A stretch of DNA of 64,000 bases from Owenia fusiformis. Its lineage: Eukaryota. A program made the position numbers and the translations under genes. The notes below the pieces were generated by a model. It was not told where the DNA came from and ran no database searches. It saw nothing but the letters and a program-made list of their open reading frames with translations. Below are positions 50,701 to 62,199 of this stretch, in pieces. The DNA lies in contig CAIIXF020000001.1 in the NCBI GenBank assembly GCA_903813345.2, positions 44,888,001 to 44,952,000 on the forward strand, read 5' to 3'. Positions within the stretch are counted from its first letter, which is position 1. Each line of letters opens with the position of its first letter.

Positions 50701-53700
50701 CCATATACCCATCCTTATATTTTTCTTTATTTTTCTCAAAAACTACTCTGCTTTATACATGTTACTTAAATGTATTTTTAAAAAGCTAAGTACATGTTGT
50801 AGGCACTAGTAATGGTCTCAGTCTAATCATCAATGTGGAGCAGTATGAGTACATGGTAGGGCCTAGAACAGATGCAGGGATAAAGGTATGGTAATATTTT
50901 AGTATTATTTCTTAAATTAGAGGGTATAGCATATGATTTCTAAAGTTTCGATATAGATTGTTACCCGTACCCAATTAGATATTAGAAAACTATATCAGAG
51001 AAAAATATTAATTTGTCTGTTGAAAGCCCATATAACCCTTCATGGTAAATGCTAATGGTTGAAAAGGGTCACTCTCTAACTGTTAAGTCGCTGTTCTAAA
51101 GTTGCATCCACAAATGTGACGTCAATGCCCATAACAAACTCTCCACCTTTTCTCCACCGAAGCATCGTACCATTATTTTAGTTTTATGCAAAAAAAGTCT
51201 GTTGCACAGGTATAGGCGTAGCCAAGGGGTGCGATCCCCCCAATAACCAATAAAAATAATATACTCATGAATATATAACCACAAATGCCAAAGGGAAGGC
51301 TGACTAAAAACTTTAAAGAAACCCAACAAGAAAAGCAAACTGTAAGTGTAAATCTGTCATAAGAAAACTAGACCCTATATATCCCAAAACCATGATCTAA
51401 CGTGAAAAGAAACAATGTCTAACATCCCCCTCCCCCCTCCAATCGAGAACCAATATCACAATCCAGGACCAGACCAAGGGATATTTCATTCATACTGATG
51501 AAGTCATTACAATTCATTTTGAAGAAAATAGAAGAAGAAAGAGATAGAAGAAGAAAATTCAAGATTGATCTTAATTTTTTGGCTTGTTTATGCCACAATC
51601 GCACCCCCTGACTGAAACCGATATTTTTTGGGCGATCACAATCCCCCTGACTGAAAGCTTGCTACGCCCCTGACAGGAATTCATATTTTCTGTAAACTCA
51701 GAACCATTCATATAGAGCTACAAGAGCTACAAATACGTGAAGTGACAAGAAGATTATAGACGTACATATTTCCCCTTTGATGTCTCCAGTGTTAATCTCT
51801 GATAATTCACCTGACAATTGTGTTTTAGGTTCTTCTTCACAATCAGTCGGAAGTGCCAATGGTTACTGATATCGGCTTTGCCGTTGCACCCGGGATGCAT
51901 TCCCTTGTTGCCGTAAAGAGAACCGAGGTATTAGGGCCGAGGCAATGCATTATTATATTATAATTTATCAGTTCCCATTTATTGTTTCTCAAAAGTAATT
52001 ACAATGGTTCAATTATTCATTTTGTAAATATTGTCGATTTGTAATGTTGTTATATTTAAACTTTATATTCAAAATAAAATGATGAGAAGTAAAGACACAA
52101 AAATGGTACGTCTCTCATAATAAGGCAGACAAAAAGTAGAAAATGTAGAAATCATCAAAGAAATTGAATATTTTAGATACAATTTGGCACAATCAATTCA
52201 CTATTTCATTTCAGTTCTTAAGTCTGTCTAAGCCATGGGGGACATGTAGTGAAAAAGAACTGGATTATTTCGATGACTATACTGTATCAAAGTGTATGAT
52301 TGATTGCCAGACGAGATATGTTGTGGCGATATGTCACTGTAGGGCAGCGTATATGCCCCAGAAACACCATAGTAAGCCTTGTATGTATCTTTACAAAAGC
52401 AGACCAACACTGGCCTGTGATTCGAATAACCTTTAGATGTAGTTAATTAATGAAATGACACATTTACTAAAGATTATCCCTTATCACGTTAGCACCTTAT
52501 CCCTGAAATGGATATGATTCTGCTATTTAGTTATATACATTTATAAAGTTTATAACATTATTCATATCAGTTTCATACAATAATAATATTACAGATGAGC
52601 CGAGGATATGCAGTTTGGAAGAATACTTTGACTGTGTACTGCCTTCCTTACAGAATAGCACCAAGTTCATGGAAGTTAATTGTTCTTGCCCACAGCCATG
52701 TAAGAAAGTAGTATATGAGCCCCGACTCTCTTATGGTGCAATATCGAGCTTGAGTGTTAATAAATTACTTGATGAGCGCAACATCAAGACCACTGAACTA
52801 AGAAATAAATATCACGAGGTACTAGATATTGTCCAACATGTAGATGAAGAAATTTGGGAAACTGACCAGCACATGTTTGAAAATATCATTAATGATTACA
52901 ATCAGCTGGTTGATTACACTATTCATTTCTATGATAAGGATGAAGACAACAATCAACCGGTGAATGAAATTGTGTATAACGTCCAATCTGTTATAAAAAC
53001 CTATGTCAGGGATTTAAATCTGACGTTTGCAAGACACGAGGAGTTCTTGAGCATCTACAGTAGGAGCTACAAAACTACAAATGACACCCTCTATGAAGTT
53101 GCACATGACTTCCTCGAGTTAACCAGGTTGATATTTGAATCAGATGGACCCAAATTAGTAGAGTCGCTTCCTGGACTTACGCCGACAGATTTAAGTGGAA
53201 CTATCCGTAAGAATGTCCAACAGGCTGCCAGGAAAGGCAAAGACGTTGTCGATAAACTGTTGGCGTTTAGAGAAGCACTTGAGTCAGGGAGGCCACTAGA
53301 TGAACAACTTCCTGATTATGAGTTATCAATGCTGCCAGGAACCATATATACATCTTATTCCAGCGTTGGCGGAACGGTAGATGATTTCTTAGCAGATATG
53401 TGGCAGCTGTTGGATTTCTATTTTCCAAACATTGATGAAAAACTAAATCGTATTACCTCAACCGATTCGGTTATTCCAGTAGAGCTTACTGAGATATTTA
53501 ACAGTTTCAACGCTGATGTGCTGGACAAGAGCATCAGCAAATTACTCCAAAGCTTAAATGACTTTTACAATAAGATTCATGCCATGAAAATGTGGTATGA
53601 AAACTCACTAGAGGAGATCAAGCATGAAAATCAAACATTTTATGAACGGTTTGTTTTGAATAGAAACACTCTGTATGATCTAGCAATATACACAAAAAAT

Positions 53701-54958
53701 ATTACTCATCGCAAAGAAACACTTGGGAAATTGTACGGATCATATACTAAATCTGAAATCACCAAACTTAAATTAGCTGGTGGCTATTTTTCTGAATCTA
53801 GTATAAATGATGATATACTGTACATTGAAAACTTTGTGTCTTCATTTAAGACACGTGTTTTGGAGGAACTTTTACGAGAAATCACGAACATCAATGAGCA
53901 TCTCACATTGAAGTACCAAGCAATATTAACAAAGCTTGAGGAATTACAGGTATATTATGACAAAAAATTCGACTACTCACCAAAAATATTAAACATATGG
54001 AAAACTGTGAATGCATTGGGCCTTATTGATGAGAAAAATATGAACGACAGTGTTTTGTCGGAAAAAATGGCGGAGCATTTTCGTACAAGTGTGTCTGCAG
54101 ATATAGCACGGTTCGACACTGGTTTGCAGGAAAATGAACGTAACTTGATAGAGAGTCTTAACTTTGCCAAAGATAGAATGAAGCTTTATGTTGCTGCAAG
54201 TAAGATGGACGAGAACTTCGTAACGTAAGCTATATAATTGTTTTATGAGCAATATAAAATTGTAATTGAAAATAACCAAGAGATTTAATTCTTCAACAGA
54301 TAGTTATATATTGATCAAACAAAACCGGTCCTCTGATAAAATTAACTCATATTAAGTTTTCAGGACCTGAGAATTGGTATCCAAGTTACAAGTTCTCTTG
54401 AAATCAATGACTTTGATTACACAAAATATGCCTACGTTATTCATTACTATGATAAACGTGTGATCACAATGTCTACTGATCATTATAAAATTCATTCTGG
54501 AAGGTATCTGTTACATGACTTCCTAAAATGAAGTTTGAATGCATATATCTGAGATATCATATATTGCAGGACAAATTTCTTATACATGGACGTTTACTTT
54601 GCTGAATTGAGTTACCAAAAAGTTGAACAGAAAGAGGCGTTCACTTGGCAAATGCTCATCAGTAAGTTTGCTTCATTAATTAGCTCAAAGCATGACCTTG
54701 TTGCTTAGTTGACAAAACTAGAGTTAAAATAACTGAACATGTCTAGAGCTCTGTTCCTAAAAATTAATTTTTGATTCTGAAACTATGTATCAACTCTATC
54801 CTTGTATTAAAGGTGAAATCGGTGGATTTATGGGACTACTGCTGGGTGCTAGTGTGTTAACAGTTTTTGAAATTTTGGATTTCTTACTTTACAACGGAAC
54901 TAGAAAATATTTGAACAGACGAGGAAATGTGAATTTGGAAAATGGAGCAGCGAGGTAA
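32757..54958 (+). CDS. Giant DEG/ENaC (ASIC-like) cation channel subunit with 4 LamG/pentraxin-like domains and a long helical insert; >=2216 aa, first coding exon not securely located
   Basis: Exons: 32757-32859, 40804-40971, 41691-41785, 42040-42132, 42292-42978, 43289-44752, 44844-45494, 45628-46260, 46769-47038, 47636-47795, 47909-48027, 50803-50885, 51829-51927, 52215-52371, 52595-54224, 54570-54661, 54813-54958. All phases are compatible and the reading frame is open. Family motifs appear in order: FTQNSTFHGIRYI (HG motif), TM1, FPSVTICNEN, GVCYTFN, GTSNGLSLIINVEQYEY, AGIKVLLH, GFAVAPG, Cys-rich thumb, YMDVYFAELSY, and TM2 SEIGGFMGLLLGASVLT (GAS filter). Confidence 0.9.
34832..34950 (+). 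promoter_or_regulatory. Compact Pol II promoter: two inverted CCAAT boxes, E2F site, ATF-like/E-box, TATA
   Basis: CTGATTGG x2, TTTCCCGC at 34846-34853, TGATGTCACGTGAC ending 34886, TATATAA ~34944. Mirrored at ~39547-39665. Confidence 0.55.
35118..35804 (+). CDS. Intronless 228-aa element protein, possibly PC4-like ssDNA-binding fold with C-terminal C/H...CxxC Zn motif (left arm)
   Basis: ATG-to-stop ORF with upstream TATA/CCAAT and AATAAA at 35866-35871. The C-terminal half (HLGRGYEFTISSNYKTLEI...LCLTFQQIHDL...C....DDHLNQMG...CNVC) recalls invertebrate PC4-like proteins (from memory, unverified). Confidence 0.7.
   Translation: MEIFHLKPQDVSKVGGTIVKPLETGLPRMLKLAVGPHRQQTILFPTVDHVFMKTYDVLDVQSKHDGSLQVPFEPQSSDPCAGRITRQEFDYFIECCQENCCIFSKDNRNSSKYEQQALYTYGLDHWQHLGRGYEFTISSNYKTLEIVSNRFNEEKEIYEVNWSLCLTFQQIHDLLDNIWLIMEPLTLAEKNCLATLHDDHLNQMGTWSCNVCQFMNRRTVFDKALNDQ
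36060..37105. repeat. Degenerate 21-bp tandem array (TGAGTAAATGAGTAACTCAAT) with an internal orientation flip; mirrored at ~37392-38437
   Basis: Units are directly visible; ~36610-36830 is in reverse orientation relative to its neighbours. Confidence 0.85.
38693..39379 (-). CDS. Identical second copy of the 228-aa element protein (right arm)
   Basis: Mirror image of 35118-35804; the translation is identical in the ORF track. Confidence 0.7.
   Translation of the reverse strand: MEIFHLKPQDVSKVGGTIVKPLETGLPRMLKLAVGPHRQQTILFPTVDHVFMKTYDVLDVQSKHDGSLQVPFEPQSSDPCAGRITRQEFDYFIECCQENCCIFSKDNRNSSKYEQQALYTYGLDHWQHLGRGYEFTISSNYKTLEIVSNRFNEEKEIYEVNWSLCLTFQQIHDLLDNIWLIMEPLTLAEKNCLATLHDDHLNQMGTWSCNVCQFMNRRTVFDKALNDQ
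42292..42978 (+). CDS. Channel exon: LamG/pentraxin-like domain 1 (symmetric phase 1-1)
   Basis: GIVNKALYLNG..QHV..CL.....C..GLTLSLWIK...WNMVAFTWS...MYING...MDDLYIWD; 687 nt. Confidence 0.85.
43016..43165. repeat. Small foldback/MITE in the intron between LamG1 and LamG2 exons
   Basis: ATTAATTAACTCAAGTTCATTTACTTCAGAGACT.ATATAATTTATTTT and its imperfect reverse complement. Confidence 0.7.
43289..44752 (+). CDS. Channel exon: LamG-like domain 2 split by a Cys-flanked mucin-like insert
   Basis: VFYHMSMD..ILGRG, then ~250 aa insert, then GVLGKSFYM...CFGNIQMCNNGFSYRFW...WNHLFITWS...IDEFMFWD; 1464 nt. Confidence 0.85.
44844..45494 (+). CDS. Channel exon: LamG/pentraxin-like domain 3
   Basis: GKLQNSLYLNGINQWASLG..CLGSLDLCEDGFTLAFWIK...WSHITITW...IDDLNFWN; 651 nt. 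Confidence 0.87.
45628..46260 (+). CDS. Channel exon: LamG/pentraxin-like domain 4
   Basis: GILGMAIEFKG..YVDFG..CI....CSDGYTLALWL...WTHVVVTW...LYVNG...VDEMLMWN; 633 nt. Confidence 0.85.
48250..50057 (+). other. Array of four candidate cassette mini-exons (48250-48282, 48699-48755, 49076-49138, 50019-50057)
   Basis: Each has a YAG acceptor, a GTGAA donor, length 3n (33/57/63/39 nt), phase 1-1 and no stop codon. They end in VYQPG, IRQPG, VHNPG and LEKTG. Confidence 0.55.
51221..51672. mobile_element. hAT-like MITE (AGGCGTAGC...GCTACGCCCCTG); related internal sequence at ~30240-30480
   Basis: Inverted ends, plus a ~200-bp internal segment shared with the 30.3-kb copy. Confidence 0.5.
52595..54224 (+). 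CDS. Channel exon: thumb C-terminus plus ~490-aa predicted helical knuckle insert
   Basis: CSLEEYFDCV...CSCPQPCKKVVYEPRLSYGAIS, then a long Cys-free amphipathic segment ending ENFV. It splices in frame to TNFLYMDVYF. Confidence 0.88.
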
Positions 54959-56888
54959 AACTTGTTCGAAATATGAATCAACAATGTGAAAGTTCTAAAA
55001 ATGTCGAATACCGAGGTACAAACCCAGCATTATAAATGCCACGACCTTTTTTTGTCAAAAGCATATAAGGATATAACTTATAATTAGCTTATTGTAAGAA
55101 CACGTTTACGTCGTATATTTATATCACCAAAAAAGTAAAAGGATGAATTCATTCTCTTCTACACTTATAAGCCGTACGTGTACAAATACTTCGTTCAATT
55201 TGACATGCGCATCTTTCAAGATTGATATTCCCCAATGCTTCATACTAATCAGTGATGAATTTATTTTTGTAGGGGAAACAATAACGATGGTGCAAACAGG
55301 GTATGAGCGGAATGGCTTACGGGAACAGGTGGTTCCAAAATGAAGAACGAGTACCATGTTGTCCATATTGACATCAATATTGTCATGACATATTCCGACA
55401 ACGTTGTTCACTATTGAACTCGTTAGGCATGGTGTATGCACGACTCCACATACCATCGTATTTCTACTATGGGATCTGCATCGGGTGAAATGTCAGGCGA
55501 GTCAGGGCTATTTTACGCCGCCAATGGGGCATCAGGGGTATGCAAAACGATTCCATGGTGCTGCAGAGTATTGTTACTTCGTTCACATAACTAACAAGAA
55601 CAATGAGTGAATTGTGAACTTGTAAACTGGAATTACGTGTAACATTTTATCATACTGATGATACTGAAAAATGACAGTAGTACCAGCGCATAAATCCACA
55701 TATCGTATACATGGATCATTCCAAATCATGTTGATTGGACATCCATGCCAATTTGTAATATGGATCTAGACCTAATTATGTATAAGCATCCAGCAATGTT
55801 ATGTATATGAGGCCAAGACCTTGAGTGGACCCTCATCACAATGGGGTAACCGTTATAATAACGACAGAAAAATCACGATGAAAGAAAGGGCCAATTTTAT
55901 GTTGCTGTCTGTCGCTTGATTCACAGAGTTACGAAGTAATGTCATTCAAGTAAAAGTGCAAACCTATACAAATTATATCGACATGCTTTCTTCGCACTTA
56001 GTTGTTCATAAATGTTTTTCATTTTCTTATTTTCATTATGCTCTTATATTCTTTGCCATTATTTGCAAGATAAGTCATTTTAGATTGCTTTCATACATAT
56101 TTCATATCACTTGTCATGACTTGAAAAACTATTTGAAACATTTTTTGAATAACTTTAAAAAACCATTGTATATCTTAGAATTTTCAAATATTTGACAAAA
56201 TAACAAAAATAAGTTAAGATCTTCAGATACAACAACACATTATTTTCTCTAATTCATTGAATAGATCAGTCAAAAGTTCGATAATGTTATACATATATAA
56301 ACATTTTATGCTTTTTTCTTTAAACCTGCTCTCATGAGTTAATTTCTTACTTATTTTTCACCAATTTCATTGTTATTTTCAACACAAAAGGAATACTGGT
56401 TAGTTAGTTTGCTTTAGCGTTTTATAAATCATTGTTTAACAATGTTTGTGTATGACATCTAAAATATTGAAATGTGAATGAGACGGAGCAAGCTAAAATT
56501 CGTCCTTTCATTAATCTTATAATATTAATATAAATAAATTACAATTTTTTTGTAAATATTACTAATATTTCGAACTTATAGCCTATTAATGCTTATACTC
56601 TACTTACTAATATATTGACCTTCAAGGTTACGAACCGGAAATGAAATCATGTGGGTTGTATGCAATTGTAATGCATGCATTTATAAGATTATTTTATATT
56701 TTTATTTGAAAAAGAAACAATTTATTATATAGAATAATATATTTATCAGTAGAAGTACTATTTGTATACTAAATCGAGACTGTTCACTTTAAAATAAACA
56801 TCAAATAGACCATAATGCAGTGGTGCATATACACTCTCGTTATTTACAGTCGCAAACGTAATTTGTTGTTACAGAATGTTTTTGTTCT

Positions 56889-57425
56889 AAAGGGTGACAC
56901 AAAAATGCCACCCATAATTTCGGAATAACACAATAAGTATCGATTTGTAGCTGGATAGAGTGTCCTATGCAACAAAGATTGTTACACTTCCGGGTTCACT
57001 TGTACTGCATCAATAACTTTGAAATTTAGAGATATCACGTTTTCCGTTCAGGTATGCTCGTTGTGAAATTGTCAAAAAATGTTCAAAAATACAATTTTTT
57101 AAATTGGGATTTCTGTCTTAGCCATTATTGGAGTCATCTTCGAATTACTATCACGTACTAGTATACTGTAAATGATATGTTACATCTGCCCATTTTCTTA
57201 ATAAATAATCTTGTCAAACTTTTAAGAAAGATTTTCTAATTTACATTTTTGAGTGATTGTAGGTGTCAGAGCATGCCTCCACAGAAAATGAGATATCTCT
57301 ATAATCCAGAACTGTTGACATTCCAATCTACACCCTATCCACAAATTAAAAACCATGAAGATGCCTTAATTATTGAGAGAGTTATTTCAAAATTAGTGAG
57401 TGGGTGGCATTTGTGTGTCACCATG
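56889..57425. mobile_element. Tc1/mariner-type MITE
   Basis: TIR GGTGACACAAAAATGCCACCCA / TGGGTGGCATTTGTGTGTCACC, with TA at the right end. Confidence 0.65.
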
Positions 57426-57465
57426 TAACTGCACGTTGTCTGGTACTGACGAGAGAAGATATTTA

Positions 57466-58696
57466 CAGGGTGGGCTAATAAAAACGTTCATATTTTTATT
57501 TTTGTAATATCGTCGCTGGTATGTTGGGAATATCCATAAATTATATATCATTTGTAAGATAATTCAATGTCCAAGAAAGTGATGTATAATTCATAAAGTA
57601 TGAATGGCTATTGGTGACTCCATGGTTATTTCGTATCATGGGGTAGTAACAGTCGAAAACAACATTTCGCTATATTTGAGCTTAATACATGATATTGTAT
57701 CGGTTAATCAACACTTTTAGGCTTTCATATGAAGAAAAGGTATTGGAATTGAGCTTTATTGTTTGTAAATCATTGTGTAGCTCTAAAATAATCATGGAAC
57801 CTATTTTTATGCATTGTAGTTTGTTATTAAGTAAGGTTGTTAGATAAATTGATATTTGCTTCAAACATGTTTTGCAAAGAAACTCAGTTGAAATTTTGCC
57901 ATAACCCATGATACGGAATACATTTCCATAATTTCCTCTTCTGGTCTCTATTATTGCATTGTCTGCCACTAAAATTCAGTAAAGTCATATAAGTAAAACA
58001 TCATTATTGATCATTTCATGATGATTTTAGCCTATTTTAGGCATTATCAAGGAGTGTACAAGGAGTGTACTAAATGTATAATATCATTGCAAAATGAATT
58101 TCATGCCAAATGGAGTCAATTTGGCGGGAAATCAACAAGCGGAGTATATCGTCACAATATCCTCCGCATATTGAGTTTTCCGGAGTAAACCGTCACGATA
58201 TCCTCCGCCCGGAGTATATCGTTACGATATCCTCCGGTTATTCATTTTGCCAATAAATATCAAATTAATTTTTTAATGCTATTATACATTTAGTACACTA
58301 AGTGTAGGATAAGTTTAAATATTAACTATTTGATGCAGATTTCGCCGAGTTATTTAGGCTATAATATCAAAATAATAAAAGAACTCAATAACATTGTATT
58401 TGTAAATTAATTTGCTTTCATTTGATACATAAATCAACAACTTTGACCTTCTGTAATTAGACTTATATCCCCAAAGCTGACATAGGGCTATATCTGTCTG
58501 GTCAGTTTTTAGCATTCCGTATTCAGCAATCGGTAAATCATGATTTTGACCCCTGTGGTAGTCAAATAAATAAATTATTTATCATTTTGTCAGAAGTTGA
58601 ATTGCCTGTCCAACTGTATATGATTTAAACATTTGTCTGTAATATTAAAAATGTTGTAGCGAAAACAAAAACATTGACGTTTTTTGGCCCACCCTG
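57466..58696. mobile_element. Tc1/mariner-type MITE (CAGGGTGGGC termini, TA TSD) containing a nested foldback at ~58066-58298
   Basis: TA-CAGGGTGGGCTAATAAAAACGT ... ACGTTTTTTGGCCCACCCTG-TA. The inner inverted repeat is GTGTACTAAATGTATAAT / ATTATACATTTAGTACAC. Confidence 0.65.
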
Positions 58697-60620
58697 TACA
58701 GAACGGTCAATCTTCGAAATGTTTTCTATTTTATTCATTGTTGCAGTAAAGTGGTCTATTGGTTGTTTACAAAAGTTAAGGTAAAACAAGAGTTCGACCT
58801 CAGCTGCAGGTAGACTGGACAATGGTCATTGTTGTTTGTGTATTTTTGTGATATCTTCATTATCATGTTAACTATATTATTTGTTGTATATAACCAATTG
58901 TAATTTGTCTACATACAAGTACATATACATCTTGTTCGTATATACATACAATGTATATTTATTAAGGTACATATAAATGTAAAACACTTTTTTACTGTTT
59001 ATTCTGTTAATTCTTTAATGAGTGAAAACCAAAAGAACTGCAATTACTAGTTTCTATGACTCCCCTTAAATTCAAATGGATGAACATTTGCCAGCCGGCA
59101 TAATGTTCAAAATGAATTTACAACTGAAAATTCCCTTTGATGGTTTGTTGTGACAATCTGTTGAAAGAATAATAAACTACATTTTGATAGTTAGAAGGGG
59201 ATATAAATGTGTCAAATAGTTAAGTTCAGCCCACATCGATCATGATCGATTTATACTGGGCGATAATATGTTTGCACATCTTACTTTAAGCCTGAAATAC
59301 TAAAACATTCAAATTGAATTAAATTGTACAAACAAAGGATACTTACCAAGGAATAACCTCAAGACGGTCTTACGGTCTGATATAAATCATAGCATTTTGA
59401 ACATCATTCAAGCAAGTGGGGGGGGGGTATTTCCCAAAGTTCAGAGTTAGTATTGGGTCACGTGGTATCCATGTGATAGATCCATATAAGACTTATAGGA
59501 CCATAAAGGAACTGTTGTCCTCCATTTAAAAAAAGAATTCGTTTTAAAAGCATAAACATGTATATTGAGCATGCATGGTTCAAAACCTGAATGAAAACAA
59601 TAAATAATATCCAATTATGAAACACTCGCGACAATGTTGGAATTTTTAACTGAACAATAAAATTTGGTAGAAATAGGCTATTGTTTGCAAAATCGATGAA
59701 AATTGAGGTGTTTCTTTGACCCCATGTCACATAATTGGTAATATTTCTATATGGGGTTGTTGAAAATGGGGCTATTACACATCATTTTGTTGCAAATTAA
59801 ATTATCTTTAATATGATATATCCTTGTTGGTGTGATTGTCAAAAAATAAATATTTATCGGGAATATTGGCTAGGGGTGTTTTTGTTTGACCCACCCTGTA
59901 GTAATCACTGCCATTATACGACTTATGTTGTCTCAAATTAATCAAATCAAATTAATTGTCTGCAGGAAAAGCCGAGGCATGTTCAGAATGTTCACTGCTT
60001 CAGTTATAAAAGATTGTCGATGTCAACATCTTTAACAGGGGGAAAATATAAAAATCCCAAAATAAGTAATCAATCAGATATTTTACTTCCTCCTATTTGT
60101 TTACATCTATTAAATTAGGTCACCCATTTATTCACTGATTCATTTGCCCACAATGATCCTAGAACTATACTTTTTCATGCATTGCTATGCATATACATAG
60201 TATTTAAGATAAAATAATTATAAGTCATTGAATACAAATTATTTACAAATACAGGTGCAAAAGTTTTATATAATAAAGTTTTACATATTTATAGGGCACT
60301 ATTATATTTCTATCGTACTTTAAAGTTCATATAGTTATCAGTGATAGCAACGCATACTTTTATAATTATGAATCTAATTATAATATAACATACTAGCCAG
60401 GCCAGTTAGACGACCCGCCATTTATTTTAGTATCAAATTGCCAATTTAAGGTGCCGAGGTAGTATTATCAGAAGTTTACAGCTGCAAACAGGAAATTCAA
60501 ATGAAGAGGTAAGAAATTAAGATGTTAAAAATGATATAGACCATGATGAGTGCAGGATCATCTAAATGTGGAGACTACTGTCTTACATGTATATAATTCA
60601 ATCAAAACCCACGTGCATAT

Positions 60621-61613
60621 TCACTGTAGCATAAAATCACTGACATCTGTGTTTTTCCTTCGTTGTCGGGGCATTGCAAGAATAATACTTTCCCAGAAGA
60701 ATTTATTATTTCTCTCAAGATAGGTTCTTGTAGATATATACGTATTCATGGTTGGATGTTTTGCTAACTCATCTTTGTCCAAAATATCTATCGGATCATA
60801 GAGCACCAAGATGACAGGATCTCGTTCACCCATAACCCAATCATCATATGACCTTACAAATTCATATATAGTGTATCCACTATGTAAAAACTCATTCGAA
60901 AGAACAATAATTGTCCTCTTGCTGTTGTCTATGGCATTATTTATGTTGTCTATGATAGGTTCTCCTCCTCTGAAATCACGTTCGTGTAAACAGAGCTTAT
61001 ACCCAGCTTCCTCAAGTTTTATCAGCAATTCATCACGCACCCAATCACCATTGAGCCCACTGTATGACAATAATGCGTCATATTGTTTATTACTGTTGTC
61101 TATCCTGTCGAATCGCCAACCAAACCAGATAAAGAACTTAAGTTTTATATGTGATTCAAATCGTTTAAAAAAGTAATACAGTTGTAAGGATGAGAGATAC
61201 AACAACAAGTACTCCTATAATTGCATGGAAGTACGAACTCTGCTGGAATGGTATTGGCGGCTCTGGAATGCATGTAAGGTTCGAATCACTGATTTCAAAT
61301 AAAGGAACCAGCTCGGTCAAATTGCCTCGCATGCAGTGAATGTCTACCAAATTGGGTATGATTGCTTGGTGAGAGTTTAACCATCTCTTTAATGGTAAAG
61401 CCCTACAGCAGTCCCATGGGTTATTAGACAGCAAAACAGACCATTTTGATTCCCATTGGTCTTGAACATTTAGAGGGCCACCTCCAAGTACCTTAAGTAA
61501 CGGGTTTCCATTAATCAACATCAATCCCAGTGATTCAAAAATAGTAAGGTTTACACTCTGTAGCTGGTTGCCTTCAAGATCAAGGAAAGACAGCCAACTG
61601 AGACGAGAAAATA
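60621..61613 (-). CDS. Toll-like receptor 3' exon (LRRs, LRR-CT, TM, TIR) with a 1-nt frameshift; possible pseudogene or assembly error
   Basis: Acceptor TTACAG at 61614-61619, then LSFLDLEGNQL, LSNNPWDCC (LRR-CT) and TM AIIGVLVVVSLILTTVLLF. TIR motifs YDALLSYS, KLCLHERDFRGG, SKRTIIVLS and FWE follow in another frame. Removing one base from the A6 run at 61167-61172 joins the frames. Confidence 0.82.
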
Positions 61614-62199
61614 CTGTAACGGAATTTAAAATGTAAAATTTTTGATTTTTAATTAAGTGCTGTGTTTTTGTATATAAGGCAATTATTACACTTGGAAAGT
61701 AATTTCCCATTGAGATTATTAAGATTTATAAATGTAGTATCATTTGCAGCACTTAGGTTGTACTTACAGAGGTGAAATAGTTCACATGTTTTATTTATTT
61801 TATCACGATTTTGTTTATGTTGATCGGGAAGTCTTATCTGGCAGTCTAATTTGTAGTTGATCGGTAGTCTAACATGACACCTTTATTATTTTACTTCCTG
61901 CTTTTGATTCGATTGAATCGAAGGAAAATTAGACTAGATAGTGGTTAATTACTGTTGTATTTCTTGAGTCAATATTATAATCTTGCTGTATGATCAATAT
62001 TGAAGCGAAATATGGCGTAAGTAAGCTGTAATTCACAGTTGAAATCTTGTACGAAAATCGATGACGTCATCGGGCCTATATAACTATCTCGCTGTTGAAG
62101 GCTCGTCAGTGCGATGCCAGATGTTGTCGAGGAAGGACCTCTAAAGCGGAATTTCGGGAAACAGCTAAAATCTTCTAAGTTTTATAGAACTTAGTCGAT

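Noticed and set aside
55124..55610. Overlapping short ORFs downstream of the channel stop codon
   Set aside because: No recognisable motifs; probably 3' UTR. An extra terminal exon via AG|GTAAAA at 54955 cannot be excluded but is unsupported.
60811..61176. 121-aa plus-strand ORF, and similar antisense ORFs over the HECT and channel exons
   Set aside because: These are antisense shadows of real coding exons.
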